Under the pieces are notes generated by a model. It worked only from the letters and a program-made list of their open reading frames with translations. It had not been told where the DNA came from and made no database searches. The position numbers were made by a program, and so were the translations under genes. A DNA stretch of 64,000 nucleotides from Nitrospirota bacterium (GTDB taxonomy: Bacteria > Nitrospirota > UBA9217), in assembly GCA_963790205.1 (NCBI GenBank), contig CAWBNQ010000001.1:704001-768000 (forward strand). Direction: 5' to 3'. Of the stretch, positions 17,247-27,645 are shown piece after piece; the stretch's first letter is position 1, and each line of letters starts with the position of its first letter.

Positions 17247-18206
17247 TCACTTTGCTTCCCAGCATCGCACCAGATGGCCGGGCTTTACTTCAACCAGTTC
17301 AGGCTCCACCTCACACCGCGCGGTCTTGATATCGCAGCGCGGGGCGAATTTGCATCCCGCCGGCAGGTCATGGAGCCGCGGCACGGTTCCCGCGATCGTG
17401 CGGAGCCGTTTCCTGCCTTCTTCGCCGGTTTTGGGGACCGAGGCCATGAGCCCGCGGGTATAGGGGTGCTCGGGATTCGCGAACAGCTCCTTTGTTTCTG
17501 CCTGTTCGACGATCCTGCCGGCGTACATCACCGCCACATCCTGGGCACGTTCGGCGATGAGACCGAGATCGTGGGTGACTAAAATCACGGCCATGCCCAT
17601 TTCAGCCTGTATCCGGCCGAGCAGTTCCAGGATATGCGCCTGGATCGTGACGTCGAGCGCGGTTGTCGGTTCATCGGCAAGGACAAGCGACGGCTTGCAC
17701 GCAATCGCCATAGCAATCATCACGCGCTGGCGCATGCCTCCCGACATCTGGTGCGGATATTCATGCACGCGTTTCTCCGGAGAGGGAATGCCGACGGAAT
17801 GAAGAAGCTCGACGGCGGAGTCCATGGCCTGTTTTTTCGTCACATCAAGGTGGGTGGTCAGCACTTCGGCGATCTGGTTCCCCACCGTGAAGACGGGGTT
17901 GAGCGCGGTCATGGGCTCCTGGAAGATCATCGAGATATGCGCGCCGCGGACCTTGCGCATCTCCTCAGGCGGCAGCGCGAGCAGGTCCCGACCTTCGAAA
18001 TAAATGCGGCCGGAAACGATCTTGCCGGGATAGGGGACGAGGTTGAGGATGGAAAGGGCGGTGACGGTCTTGCCACAGCCCGATTCGCCGACCAGGCCGA
18101 GCACGCGGCCTTTCCGCAGGCCGAGGCTGAGGTTGTCGACGGCCTTCACCACTCCCGAGCGGGTGAAGAAGTGCGTGGTGAGGTCTTTTATTTCAAGAAG
18201 GTCCAA
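17247..18206 (-). CDS. dppD: Oligo/dipeptide ABC transporter ATP-binding subunit (OppD/DppD)
   Basis: [24 protein letters not shown]. Confidence 0.85.
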   Translation of the reverse strand: MDLLEIKDLTTHFFTRSGVVKAVDNLSLGLRKGRVLGLVGESGCGKTVTALSILNLVPYPGKIVSGRIYFEGRDLLALPPEEMRKVRGAHISMIFQEPMTALNPVFTVGNQIAEVLTTHLDVTKKQAMDSAVELLHSVGIPSPEKRVHEYPHQMSGGMRQRVMIAMAIACKPSLVLADEPTTALDVTIQAHILELLGRIQAEMGMAVILVTHDLGLIAERAQDVAVMYAGRIVEQAETKELFANPEHPYTRGLMASVPKTGEEGRKRLRTIAGTVPRLHDLPAGCKFAPRCDIKTARCEVEPELVEVKPGHLVRCWEAK

Positions 18207-18219
18207 AAGAGAGGCTCCG

Positions 18220-18942
18220 TCAGGAAGTCTGGGGTTTTACTACAAAGTTCAGATAAGTCCTCACTGCGGAGTTGTTCGGATCGAACACGAGCGCCTCTCT
18301 CCACTCCTCTTCAGCCAACCCGTAAAAGCCCTGGGAATAGTACGTGATGCCGAGGTGAAGACGCGCGGGAATGTAGTGCGGGTTGCTTTGCTTGGCGTGG
18401 TTGAATTGCGCGATCGCCTCATCGAAGCGGCCTTTGTCCCGGAGAGCGACGCCGAGGTGGGTGATGATGTCGGCGAAGTTCGGCGAAAGGCGGAGCGCCT
18501 TTTGATATTCATCGATGGCCTCGTCGAGCTCTCCTAGTTCGTAATAAATTTTGCCGATCCGCAGGTGCTCGTCTGCAAGTTTTCCCTTTATAAAGGGATC
18601 GATGGATGAACTCGAGGTCTTATTCTCCTGCTCGGAAAAGCGGGATGCCTGCTCAAAGACTTTACGGGCCTCTTCATACTTCCCGAGGTCGCTGTAGGTG
18701 ATGGCGAGGTTGAGCGAAGCCTCGGTATATCCCGGGTTCCTCTCCAGGGCTTTTTTGAAAGCCTTCGCCGCCATCTCGAGCCGGTTGGTCTGGTTATAAA
18801 TGATCCCTATTTTGTTCTGGATATCGGCAAAGGCAGGATTTATGCTCAAGAGCTGCTGAAACAAGCCTTCAGCTGTCCCGTAGTCACCTTTGTCGAAGGC
18901 TTCCGTACCGTTTTTATACAGCTCGTCGAGCTTTGGCGGCAT
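18220..18942 (-). CDS. TPR-repeat protein
   Basis: Multiple canonical TPR motifs. Confidence 0.85.
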   Translation of the reverse strand: MPPKLDELYKNGTEAFDKGDYGTAEGLFQQLLSINPAFADIQNKIGIIYNQTNRLEMAAKAFKKALERNPGYTEASLNLAITYSDLGKYEEARKVFEQASRFSEQENKTSSSSIDPFIKGKLADEHLRIGKIYYELGELDEAIDEYQKALRLSPNFADIITHLGVALRDKGRFDEAIAQFNHAKQSNPHYIPARLHLGITYYSQGFYGLAEEEWREALVFDPNNSAVRTYLNFVVKPQTS

Positions 18943-19262
18943 TTTTTCTCCATAACTCCCGGAAACTTACGAAATTAAAACAGTATATAAAAAATTTATC
19001 ATACCGCAGCATACCCTGTCAATGAAAAACAGGGCTGACGGCCCTCCCCCGGCGGGCGTTTAAATTCTTACTTCCAGGTGCCGCGGTCCGCAAGCGCGGG
19101 GCGGACGAAAAGGAGCGCGGTAACGAAAGCCACGGTCCGAGCAGGCTGGTTGTGCTTTTGCAGCTACAATATCACGATGGGAAGAGTCATTTTTACCACG
19201 GCCGTATTGCTTGATTTTTTTGCAACTCCTTGTTTATCGAAAAATTTTATAAAATATATGCG

Positions 19263-19278
19263 TGGCACATGGATTGCT
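19263..19278 (+). promoter_or_regulatory. sigma54 (-24/-12) promoter
   Basis: TGGCACATGGATTGCT, near consensus, 33 bp before the lpxC ATG. Confidence 0.75.
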
Positions 19279-19311
19279 ATATTACCAGCTGAAGATGGGG
19301 GCAAGCTTACG

Positions 19312-20217
19312 ATGAGATTTCAGCGCACCATAAAAAAAGCGATCCCTTGCAAGGGTATCGGTCTTCACTCGGGAAAAGCGGTGAAGATGAAGATCAAACC
19401 CGCACCGGTGGACACCGGCGTGGTGTTTATGCGCACCGATCTCGGAGGCTGTGAGATCAAGGCGGTCGCAGCCAACACCGCGGCCACGAGCTATGCAACG
19501 ACGCTCTGCCGGAACGGCGCAACGGTCAAGACGGTGGAGCACCTCTTGGCGGCCTTTGCCGGTCTCAATATCGATAACGCCTTCGTCGAGCTCGATGCTG
19601 AGGAAGTCCCGATCATGGACGGGAGCGCCGGGCCGTTCATCAGGTTCATCGCCGATGCCGGCATCCATACCCAGGAAAAGATCCAAGCGCTGATCAAGAT
19701 CATACAACCCGTCTTCGTGCGCGAAGGCAACAAGCAGCTCGCTATCTGGCCGGCGGACGCGCCGAGCATTTCCTACTTCATCGACTTCGATCATCCCATG
19801 CTCAAGGAGCAGAGCTTCCAGTACCTGCCGTCGGAAGAGGAATTTTTGCGCGAGGTGGCCGATGCCCGCACCTTCGGGTTCCTGAGCGACGTCAAAACCC
19901 TGCAGGCGAACGGCCTGGCAAAGGGCGCGTCCCTGGACAACGCCGTGGCCCTTGCTGAAGATTCGGTGCTGAACAAAGAAGGCCTCCGGTATAAGGATGA
20001 GTTCGTCCGGCATAAGATCCTGGACCTCATCGGCGATTTTTCCCTCGCGGGCATGCCGATTCTCGGCCACATTGTGGCGCACAAGTCCGGCCACGCCTTG
20101 AACGCGCAGATGGTGAGCAGGCTCCTGCACAATCCGCAGAGCTGGATCCTCGTCGGTCCCTCGGAGGAAGCGCCGGTCACGCAGCAGGAAATGCAGTATC
20201 AGCCCGCGGTCTTATAA
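19312..20217 (+). CDS. lpxC: UDP-3-O-acyl-N-acetylglucosamine deacetylase
   Basis: QRT..GIGLHSG, TVEHLLAA, EVPIMDGSA, ARTFGF, RHKILDLIGD. Confidence 0.95.
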   Translation: MRFQRTIKKAIPCKGIGLHSGKAVKMKIKPAPVDTGVVFMRTDLGGCEIKAVAANTAATSYATTLCRNGATVKTVEHLLAAFAGLNIDNAFVELDAEEVPIMDGSAGPFIRFIADAGIHTQEKIQALIKIIQPVFVREGNKQLAIWPADAPSISYFIDFDHPMLKEQSFQYLPSEEEFLREVADARTFGFLSDVKTLQANGLAKGASLDNAVALAEDSVLNKEGLRYKDEFVRHKILDLIGDFSLAGMPILGHIVAHKSGHALNAQMVSRLLHNPQSWILVGPSEEAPVTQQEMQYQPAVL

Positions 20218-20243
20218 GAGCACGATTATGCCGGAAAGAGAAG

Positions 20244-20278
20244 AAGCCGACGTTCATATCGAACGTCGGCTTTTGTTT
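20244..20278 (+). terminator. Rho-independent terminator
   Basis: AAGCCGACGTTC-ATATC-GAACGTCGGCTT followed by a T-rich tract. Confidence 0.8.
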
Positions 20279-20668
20279 GGACTGAATCAGGCAGAAGTAA
20301 CATTTTCACCTACAATTAAACGAGTCTCAGTCAATCGAATCTCTAATGAATTCTGGTTGAAACTCGCAATTATCTCACCCTTCCCACTGCCGCCGCGAGC
20401 GGAAAAAGACCGCACTGAAGAGCAATAAAAACGACAACGGATATCGGGAAGCTGCTTCTCGTATAGATCATGCCTCGTTGTCGTCTCGAACGATCGGTTG
20501 AAGTCGAAACCCATTCATGGACGATCAAGTATATACAATTTCAATTGTCCAGGGGAGGGGAAAATTGGTCCGTCAAGATCCGTGTTCATCCACTCCCGTC
20601 AGAATATCGATTGACAGGGGCACGGCAATCATGGTAACTTTTAAACACTGCGATATATAAATTATTGT

Positions 20669-21838
20669 ATGCTGAAGCAGACATTAATAATCGTTTCCTG
20701 TCTCGTTGGTTCCGTGCTCGTCGGCATTGTTGTCGCTTTTATCGTCGACAGCACTGAAAATATCGCCATTGAAAAAAGTCTCCGTGCGTCCGTAGAAGGC
20801 GATATCAAAAAAACCCTTGTTTTGTTCAATGAGTCGGCCTTCCATCACAGACCGAGCGACGAAAAGAGGTTTATCGAAAAATATATCAAGACCGTCATGG
20901 CGGACAAAGTCGTTGCCTATGAACATGGACCGGGCAACCGGCCGAAAAGCGACGATGAAGATTTCCTCTTTACGCTGAACGGCAGGGACTATTTGCTCGA
21001 TGTTTACTTGCGGGATCAATATTTGGAATCTGAGTTCACCTTCCTGGATATCAGGGCTTATGCGGGGATCGCCGCGACCATCATCTTTTTCACGTTCACC
21101 GTTTATTTTCTCGAGAACAGGAAGCGGGCCCTCGTCATGCAGCAGCAGTTCGCCCAGAAACATGCTCAGCTCAACACCGCTTTACAACAGCATGAAGCAC
21201 TGGCCTTGCTCGGCCGCATGTCCGCGGCGCTCGCGCACGAACTGAAAACTCCGATCGCCTCGATCTCGAACCTTCTCCAGACGTTTCCCTCCCGCCGGGC
21301 GGACGAACAGTTCGTCAAACGCTTCCTTGAATTAATGGACGAAGAGCTCAATCGGACCCAGCAGTTGATAGACAATCTTCTTGCGTACGGGAAGGAGATC
21401 GACACCCACAACAGTGAACTGGCCGCGATCGGGGATCTCCTGAAAAAAAACGCGACGAGCGGGATAATCGTGGAGATTTCCACGAAGTTCAAGCTCCTTG
21501 GGGACAAATTCTATCTGGAGCTGCTTTTTAAGAATCTGCTGAGAAACAGCCGGGAAGCCGGGGCGGACAGGATCAGGATCCATCTCAACGCCCGCCCGGA
21601 GGACACTGCGTCGAATGCGGAAATCGTATGCGAAGACAATGGAGCGGGATTCTCTCCGACTGCTGATCTCGAAAAATTGACCGATCCTTTCATAACCAGC
21701 CGGTCCCGCGGCGGCGGGCTGGGATTGTATCTTGCAAAAAAAATTGCGACCGCGCACGGAGGCTCGCTTTCGCTTCAAAGAATGGAAAAGGGCGCGCGGG
21801 TGATTATAACGCTTCCGATGAGCAGGGTTAGGGCTTGA
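20669..21838 (+). CDS. Membrane sensor histidine kinase
   Basis: Two TM segments, AHELKTP H-box, NLLRNS, DNGAG, GGGLGL. Confidence 0.9.
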   Translation: MLKQTLIIVSCLVGSVLVGIVVAFIVDSTENIAIEKSLRASVEGDIKKTLVLFNESAFHHRPSDEKRFIEKYIKTVMADKVVAYEHGPGNRPKSDDEDFLFTLNGRDYLLDVYLRDQYLESEFTFLDIRAYAGIAATIIFFTFTVYFLENRKRALVMQQQFAQKHAQLNTALQQHEALALLGRMSAALAHELKTPIASISNLLQTFPSRRADEQFVKRFLELMDEELNRTQQLIDNLLAYGKEIDTHNSELAAIGDLLKKNATSGIIVEISTKFKLLGDKFYLELLFKNLLRNSREAGADRIRIHLNARPEDTASNAEIVCEDNGAGFSPTADLEKLTDPFITSRSRGGGLGLYLAKKIATAHGGSLSLQRMEKGARVIITLPMSRVRA

Positions 21839-21982
21839 TCCGCGAAGCAACCAGCAGTTAGCCCGTCGATGATGAAAAGAATTTTACCGGATCGCCGCAT
21901 CTTGCGATCGAGGCTCTGTACGTTTTGATCTACGACACCTTGGGCCATGCGTGACAGCGGCCCCAGGGCCGTCGCACATTTT

Positions 21983-22825
21983 TTATCGGCCGATTCTCCC
22001 TCGTGTAAGCACCTCGGAGAAACGCGGATCAACCGAGAGGTCAGGTTTCAGGACCTCCTTTCGCAAATTCCTGAACGTGGTCTTGGGCCAGTCCTTCAGG
22101 AAAAAGTTAACGAGCCATTTTGGGATCATCCCTTTCGGATCGCAAAGGAACACCGCATCGATCCTGGTCTCTTTATCCTTATCGATAGAACTCAGGATAA
22201 AGGTCGTATCGATCAGTTCGCCACGGATATAGTGGGTACGCGGAGCAGAGGGATCGCCTGATGGCTGATAATGGAAAACTATCTCCTTCCTGGAAAAATC
22301 GAAGCTCATTTTGACTTTCGACACAAAATCACGATCTTTGATGATGAATGGCAATCCAATATGGTCGTACTCAATGAAATTGTCCCTGTTTCTCCAGCGG
22401 ATGATCCTGGAGTCGACGAGGCCCTCTATCCATTCCCGACGCCTGTCGGTATCAAAAATGACCGTCGCTACTAAGGGCAATGGCGCTTTGACGACGCCGA
22501 TACCCCGAAACGCAACCAGCCTGCTGCTGCCTGCTTCTTTCCTGAGAATCTGAATCCCATCGGTCGTGTTGTCAACAGAACGCCATTCAGAAGCGTGGCT
22601 CAGCTGCGCTACGAGCGCAAAAAGTGCGATACATGACCCTACCCTCCGTCCAACGCGACAACGAGAATAGCCGGGAGAGAATTCCCCAGGGGAGCTTTTT
22701 TTTAAACGATCTGGGTCACTCATTTTAATGCTCGTGATCTTTACTTTCTTTCGAACAGGTTTGCTTTGAAAGCGATTTAACGAAGTGGTCGGGAGGAGTA
22801 TCTCAGAATGATTATTATCAGTCAA
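21983..22825 (-). CDS. START-domain lipid-binding protein (true start probably downstream of 22825)
   Basis: Signal-like segment, then DRDFV and DPKGMIPKWLVN. Confidence 0.75.
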   Translation of the reverse strand: MTDNNHSEILLPTTSLNRFQSKPVRKKVKITSIKMSDPDRLKKSSPGEFSPGYSRCRVGRRVGSCIALFALVAQLSHASEWRSVDNTTDGIQILRKEAGSSRLVAFRGIGVVKAPLPLVATVIFDTDRRREWIEGLVDSRIIRWRNRDNFIEYDHIGLPFIIKDRDFVSKVKMSFDFSRKEIVFHYQPSGDPSAPRTHYIRGELIDTTFILSSIDKDKETRIDAVFLCDPKGMIPKWLVNFFLKDWPKTTFRNLRKEVLKPDLSVDPRFSEVLTRGRIGR

Positions 22826-23026
22826 GGGATTTTGCGGATTGTGCCAGCGATATGCTGTTTTGGGGGTAGATGTATCGAATGCGGGTTCAAACTATAAGTG
22901 TTCCAAAGAATGGCAACAACACAAACTTCAAAAAGAACGTGTCGAACACTTTTTTCGAACCAGGCATAGGAAGCTTTACCCAAAATATATTCCCCTGCCC
23001 CCTTTGCGCCTGGATCGTAAGAAAAA

Positions 23027-23701
23027 TTATTTTTTGCTTCTCAGGAATTCTTTCATGATCGCGGGGCCAGCGCTGGTCCCGATGCGCTCGGCGCCGGCCT
23101 CGACGAGCGCCGAGACCGCGGCAAGGTCCCTGATGCCGCCGGAGGCCTTTATCCTGCAACGCGGACCGATCGAGCCGCGCATGAGACGGACATCGTCGAC
23201 GGACGCGCCGCGCGGCCCGTACCCGGTGGAGGTCTTCACGAATTCGGCTCCGCTGCCCACGGCGATCCGGCAGGCGCGGGTTATTTCGTCTTGTGTGAGA
23301 CTGCCGGTCTCGATGATGACCTTATGGACCTTCTGCGGCGTCATGGCAATAACGTTCTTGAGGTCGATCTCGACGTAATCGAAGCGCCCCGATTTCGCCA
23401 TGCCGATGTTGATCACGATGTCGAGCTCCGAGGCCCCGTTCTTCACCGCCTCCATCGCCTCGACGATCTTGACCGTCGTGGTGCTCGCCCCGTGCGGGAA
23501 CCCGACGACGGCGCAGACTTTGATGAGCGTTCCGGAAAGCAATTCCCGGGCCCGCGCGACATGGCTCCCGCTTACCACCACGCAGTGGAATCCGTATTTT
23601 TTCGCTTCTTCACAGGCCGCGGCCACGTCAGTAATCGTCGCGTCGGGCCTGACGAGCGTATGGTCGATCAACTGCGCGAGCCCGGCGGCGTCCTCAAACA
23701 T
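23027..23701 (-). CDS. deoC: Deoxyribose-phosphate aldolase
   Basis: IDHT, VVGFPHG, KVIIET, FVKTSTG, KASGGIR, RIGTS. Confidence 0.95.
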   Translation of the reverse strand: MFEDAAGLAQLIDHTLVRPDATITDVAAACEEAKKYGFHCVVVSGSHVARARELLSGTLIKVCAVVGFPHGASTTTVKIVEAMEAVKNGASELDIVINIGMAKSGRFDYVEIDLKNVIAMTPQKVHKVIIETGSLTQDEITRACRIAVGSGAEFVKTSTGYGPRGASVDDVRLMRGSIGPRCRIKASGGIRDLAAVSALVEAGAERIGTSAGPAIMKEFLRSKK

Positions 23702-24551
23702 CCCTGACGACCTCCCGCTGGTACGCCTCCCGGAGAGCGGTCGTTACGGGACCGGGTTTGCCATTTCCGATCACATTGCCATCGACGCGGGTGACCGGAA
23801 GCACCTCGACGGTCGTGTTCGTGATGAAGCACTCGTCCGCGCCTTCAAGGTCTTGCGGTTTGAGCCTGGTTTCCTTGGTGGGGATGCGGTCCTTTCGGGC
23901 CAGGTGCAGGACGAGGTCACGGGTGACGCCCTCGAGTATCCCCGTGTCGAGATTGGGCGTGTACAGGACGCCATGCTTGACCGTGAAGATATTGCTGATG
24001 GTCCCCTCGGCCACAAATCCCTCCCAGTTCAGCATGATCCCTTCATAGGCGCCTGACTTGAGTGATTCGATCTTCGCCAGGATGTTATTCAGGAAGTTCG
24101 TGCTCTTGATGACCGGGCTGATTGCCAGCGGATGGTTTCTCCGGGTTGTAACGACGGCCACGGCGACGCCCTGTTCATAAAAAGCGGCGGGATAATCCTT
24201 GAAGGGCTGAGTGACGATGATCATGGTGGGAGCGTGGCAGAGCGCGGGATCGAGCCCGATCTCGCCGGGTCCCCGCGACAGGTGGATCCGGACATAGGCT
24301 TCCGTGAGCTTATTGACGTTCAGGGTCTCGCACAGCGCCTCACCGATCTTCTCGAGGGGCAGGGGGAGCTTGAGCGAGATGGCGTCTGCGGAATGCTTGA
24401 GTCTGCTGAGATGCTTGCCAAGCAGAAAGAGTTTGCCGTTGTATGCGCGCAGGGTCTCGTAGATCCCGTCGCCGTAGAGGAATCCGTGATCGAAGACCGA
24501 GACGGAAGCTTCCGCCTTCGGGACGAAATGTCCGTTCACGTAAACGAGCAT
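23694..24551 (-). CDS. Class IV aminotransferase (IlvE/PabC-like)
   Basis: DHGFLYGDGIYET, KSTN, EGTISN, LEGVTR. Confidence 0.9.
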   Translation of the reverse strand: MLVYVNGHFVPKAEASVSVFDHGFLYGDGIYETLRAYNGKLFLLGKHLSRLKHSADAISLKLPLPLEKIGEALCETLNVNKLTEAYVRIHLSRGPGEIGLDPALCHAPTMIIVTQPFKDYPAAFYEQGVAVAVVTTRRNHPLAISPVIKSTNFLNNILAKIESLKSGAYEGIMLNWEGFVAEGTISNIFTVKHGVLYTPNLDTGILEGVTRDLVLHLARKDRIPTKETRLKPQDLEGADECFITNTTVEVLPVTRVDGNVIGNGKPGPVTTALREAYQREVVRDV

Positions 24552-24625
24552 GATCAAAAAGTAGCATTATTGCCGGAGCGTGTCAAGCGGGAAAGATTCC
24601 GCGTCCGACCGGCCCCGACACTTCG

Positions 24626-25996
24626 CTAAAAGATCTTTCTCATCCATTTCAGATGGTCCTTGTACGGAGGATAACGCAGTTTGATGTCAAAAAGAAAACT
24701 GCTCTTGATGATGCTCCGATCGTGGGAGAACGCGTCAAAACCCGCCTTGCCGTGATACTTGCCCATGCCGCTTTCACCGACGCCGCCGAACGGCAGGCTG
24801 GTGGTCTCATGGATGACCGTGTCGTTGATGCATGCGCCGCCCGATGAGGCTTCACGAAGCACGCGCGCCTGCTTCTCCTTGTCCCGCGAGAAGAAATAAA
24901 GCGCCAGGGGCTTCGGGCGCGCATTGACCATGGCGATCGCCTCGGTCAGATCGCCATATTCGATGACCGGAAGGAGGGGCCCGAAGATCTCGTCTTCCAT
25001 GATGGGTTCCTGCCCCTTGAGGTTGTCGATGATCGTCGGTGCGATATAGCGCGCGGCACGGTCCGATTGTCCGCCCGCGATGATCGTTCCCTGTCCGAGC
25101 AGGCGCGAGAGGCGCTCGAAATGGGCGTCGTTCACGATCCTGCCGTAGTCGGGACTTTGCGCCGGATCGGCGCCGTAGAACTCGTTCACATACTTTACGA
25201 TAAGATCAAGAAGCCGTTGTTTGATACGCTTGTCGACCAGGAGATGGTCGACGGCCACGCAGCTCTGGCCCGCATTAAAGAACTTTCCCCATACGATCCT
25301 CCGTGCCGTATAGTCGAGGCGAGTGTCCCTGTCAACGATGCAGGGGTTCTTGCCGCCGAGCTCGAGCGTGACCGGCGTGAGGTGTCTCGCCGCCGCCTGC
25401 ATCACGAGCCTGCCCGTGGCGGGTCCGCCGGTGAAGAAGATGTAATCGAATTTTTCCTCAAGCAGCATCTGGCCGGTTTCCGCGCCGCCTTCGACAAGCG
25501 AAATATAAGCCGGGTCAAAGTTATCGGTGACGATCTTCGCGATCAAGCGCGCCGAATGCGGCGCGGCGATCGGCGGCTTGAGCACCCCGCAGTTGCCCGC
25601 AGCGACGGCCCCCACGAGGGGTCCGAACAGGAGCTGGAACGGAAAGTTCCAGGGGCCGATGATCAGTGCCACCCCGTAGGGTTCGGGCGCCACATAACTC
25701 GAACTCGGGAAGTAGGCCAGAGGCGTCCATACTTTTTTCGGCTTTGCCCAGTACCGGAGGCGCCTGAGCGCGTAATCGATCTCGTTGATCACGATCGCCG
25801 TATCTCCGCCGTAGGCCTCGAAGGCGGGTTTGTTCAGGTCCTGCTTCAATGCTTCGAAGATGGCGGTCTCCCGGCTGTTGATCGCCTTCCTCAGGATTTT
25901 GAGCTGTTCCATACGGAATGAGAGCTCCTTCGTCCTGCCTGAGGAGAAGAACGTCCGGTGATTTTCTAACAGCTCAAGAATGCGCGATTTATCCAT
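24626..25996 (-). CDS. Aldehyde dehydrogenase (family 3-like)
   Basis: PWNFP, FTGG, LELGGKNP, NAGQSC, EIFGP. Confidence 0.9.
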   Translation of the reverse strand: MDKSRILELLENHRTFFSSGRTKELSFRMEQLKILRKAINSRETAIFEALKQDLNKPAFEAYGGDTAIVINEIDYALRRLRYWAKPKKVWTPLAYFPSSSYVAPEPYGVALIIGPWNFPFQLLFGPLVGAVAAGNCGVLKPPIAAPHSARLIAKIVTDNFDPAYISLVEGGAETGQMLLEEKFDYIFFTGGPATGRLVMQAAARHLTPVTLELGGKNPCIVDRDTRLDYTARRIVWGKFFNAGQSCVAVDHLLVDKRIKQRLLDLIVKYVNEFYGADPAQSPDYGRIVNDAHFERLSRLLGQGTIIAGGQSDRAARYIAPTIIDNLKGQEPIMEDEIFGPLLPVIEYGDLTEAIAMVNARPKPLALYFFSRDKEKQARVLREASSGGACINDTVIHETTSLPFGGVGESGMGKYHGKAGFDAFSHDRSIIKSSFLFDIKLRYPPYKDHLKWMRKIF

Positions 25997-27515
25997 GATG
26001 CTTCCCTGCGGATGCTGTTGTCGTAAATGTTCTCTTTTCCTTTTTACAAATGATCTGGATCACATTCCTGCCGCTCATGGCGACCGCCGGGAGTCCGCCG
26101 CCGGGCTCGACCCACTGTCCGGCCATGTAAAAGTTCGAAAGTCCGGGCAGGGTCTTTTTCATCACCTGCCCAAGGTTCCAGGTCTTGGGTGTTATCTGCC
26201 AGCCTTCGTAGCTTCCCTTCCAGTTGCCGGTATAGCGCACGAAGGTGGTGGGCGACGCGACATCGCGCATCTCGACCTGGGACGCAAGCCCCGGAAACCG
26301 TTTGTCCAGGAGCGACACGACTTTGTCCGCGATCATTTCCTTCTCGGCCTTGTACAGCACATCGTTTTCACGAAGCGTTCTCCAATACTCATAATCTGTC
26401 GAGAGCATCACGATCAGAACGGTTTTGCCTTGAGGCGCGAGGGTGGGGTCGAAGTTATAGATATGAACGCCAAGATAGGCGTGTGGCACGCCGCCGACAA
26501 TCAGCGGCTCCTTCAATTCGAGGGCGAGTCCGGCGGAAGGCGGGACCTCGGGAAAAGACCTGTTCACGCCGAGAGCAATATACATGAGCGGCGGAAAGGG
26601 AATGAGCTTATCATAGTACCCCCGGATCGTATCATCGACGTATTTCCCGTCGAGCATGCCGAAGATCGTCGAGTGCCCGTCCGCGGCCGAGATCACATAA
26701 TCGGCGCGGTGCTCGGTACCGTCCTCGAGGCTCACGCCCGCGGCCCGTCCATTCTCCGTAATGACCTTCGCAACTTTCGACTGGTAGATCATTTCTCCGC
26801 CGAGGGAAAGATATCTTTTTTCTATGGCCTTCGCAAAAGGGAGCGACCCGCCGACCGGGTATCCGGCCGCCCGGTTATGCATCCAGGCGAAGGTCATGAG
26901 CATGAAGGTCATGGGGAACTCCGGCCTGAACAGCAGCGGAAAGGCTTTGCGGATCAGCTGGTTCCTGAACCGGTTGCCGAAGTCAGCGAGCGAAACCTTG
27001 TTCCATTTCCAGAGCAGCCGCATGAGCCCGAGGTTTGTCGCCATCATCTTGAGCAAGTCGAACAGGCTCATGACCTCGGGCGCTTTTTCCAGCGGCGGCT
27101 CGAAACGCGTGCATTTTCTGATCGCAGCGATGAACTCATCGATGACAAGAGCGTCTTCCGGCGCGAGCTCTTTCATGTGGCGCTCAAGCTTGTCGATATT
27201 CGTATAGACGATGAACGTCCTTCCGTCCGCGCCTTCGAGCCGTCCATACTCATCGAAATCAACGATCTTCTTTTCTTCCAGCGCGCCGAGGTCCTTCCAG
27301 ATACGGTAAAAGTTCGAGCGTTCGCTCGATCCGACCAGCCAGTGGATGCAGCCGTCCACGGTATAGCCCTGCCGTTTCCAGGCGGTGCAGAGCCCGCCTG
27401 GCTTCTTTTTGTGCATTTCGAAGATGCGCGTCTTGAAGCCGTTCATCTGGCCGTAGCACCCGGCGGAAAGGCCCGCGATGCCTCCACCGATGACAATGAT
27501 AGATTTTGGTGACAT
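25989..27515 (-). CDS. Phytoene dehydrogenase-like FAD/NAD(P) oxidoreductase
   Basis: IIVIGGGIAGL, GQWVEPGGGLP. Confidence 0.85.
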   Translation of the reverse strand: MSPKSIIVIGGGIAGLSAGCYGQMNGFKTRIFEMHKKKPGGLCTAWKRQGYTVDGCIHWLVGSSERSNFYRIWKDLGALEEKKIVDFDEYGRLEGADGRTFIVYTNIDKLERHMKELAPEDALVIDEFIAAIRKCTRFEPPLEKAPEVMSLFDLLKMMATNLGLMRLLWKWNKVSLADFGNRFRNQLIRKAFPLLFRPEFPMTFMLMTFAWMHNRAAGYPVGGSLPFAKAIEKRYLSLGGEMIYQSKVAKVITENGRAAGVSLEDGTEHRADYVISAADGHSTIFGMLDGKYVDDTIRGYYDKLIPFPPLMYIALGVNRSFPEVPPSAGLALELKEPLIVGGVPHAYLGVHIYNFDPTLAPQGKTVLIVMLSTDYEYWRTLRENDVLYKAEKEMIADKVVSLLDKRFPGLASQVEMRDVASPTTFVRYTGNWKGSYEGWQITPKTWNLGQVMKKTLPGLSNFYMAGQWVEPGGGLPAVAMSGRNVIQIICKKEKRTFTTTASAGKHHG

Positions 27516-27645
27516 TGAACACTCCTTTCTGCTCCGCGGCGTACACCGTGAAACAAGTCCCAAATCCGGAAATTTATGCATCGCTTGAGATTTGCTTATC
27601 GGACCTTGCCGCTTACAGGTCATTTGATGCTTAAGTTTTGGAGCT

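Noticed and set aside
25980..27512. Long antisense ORFs (e.g. 25980-27512 +, 57143-58723 +, 6234-7361 +, 46786-48000 -)
   Set aside because: Shadows of GC-rich coding genes on the opposite strand, with no protein motifs.
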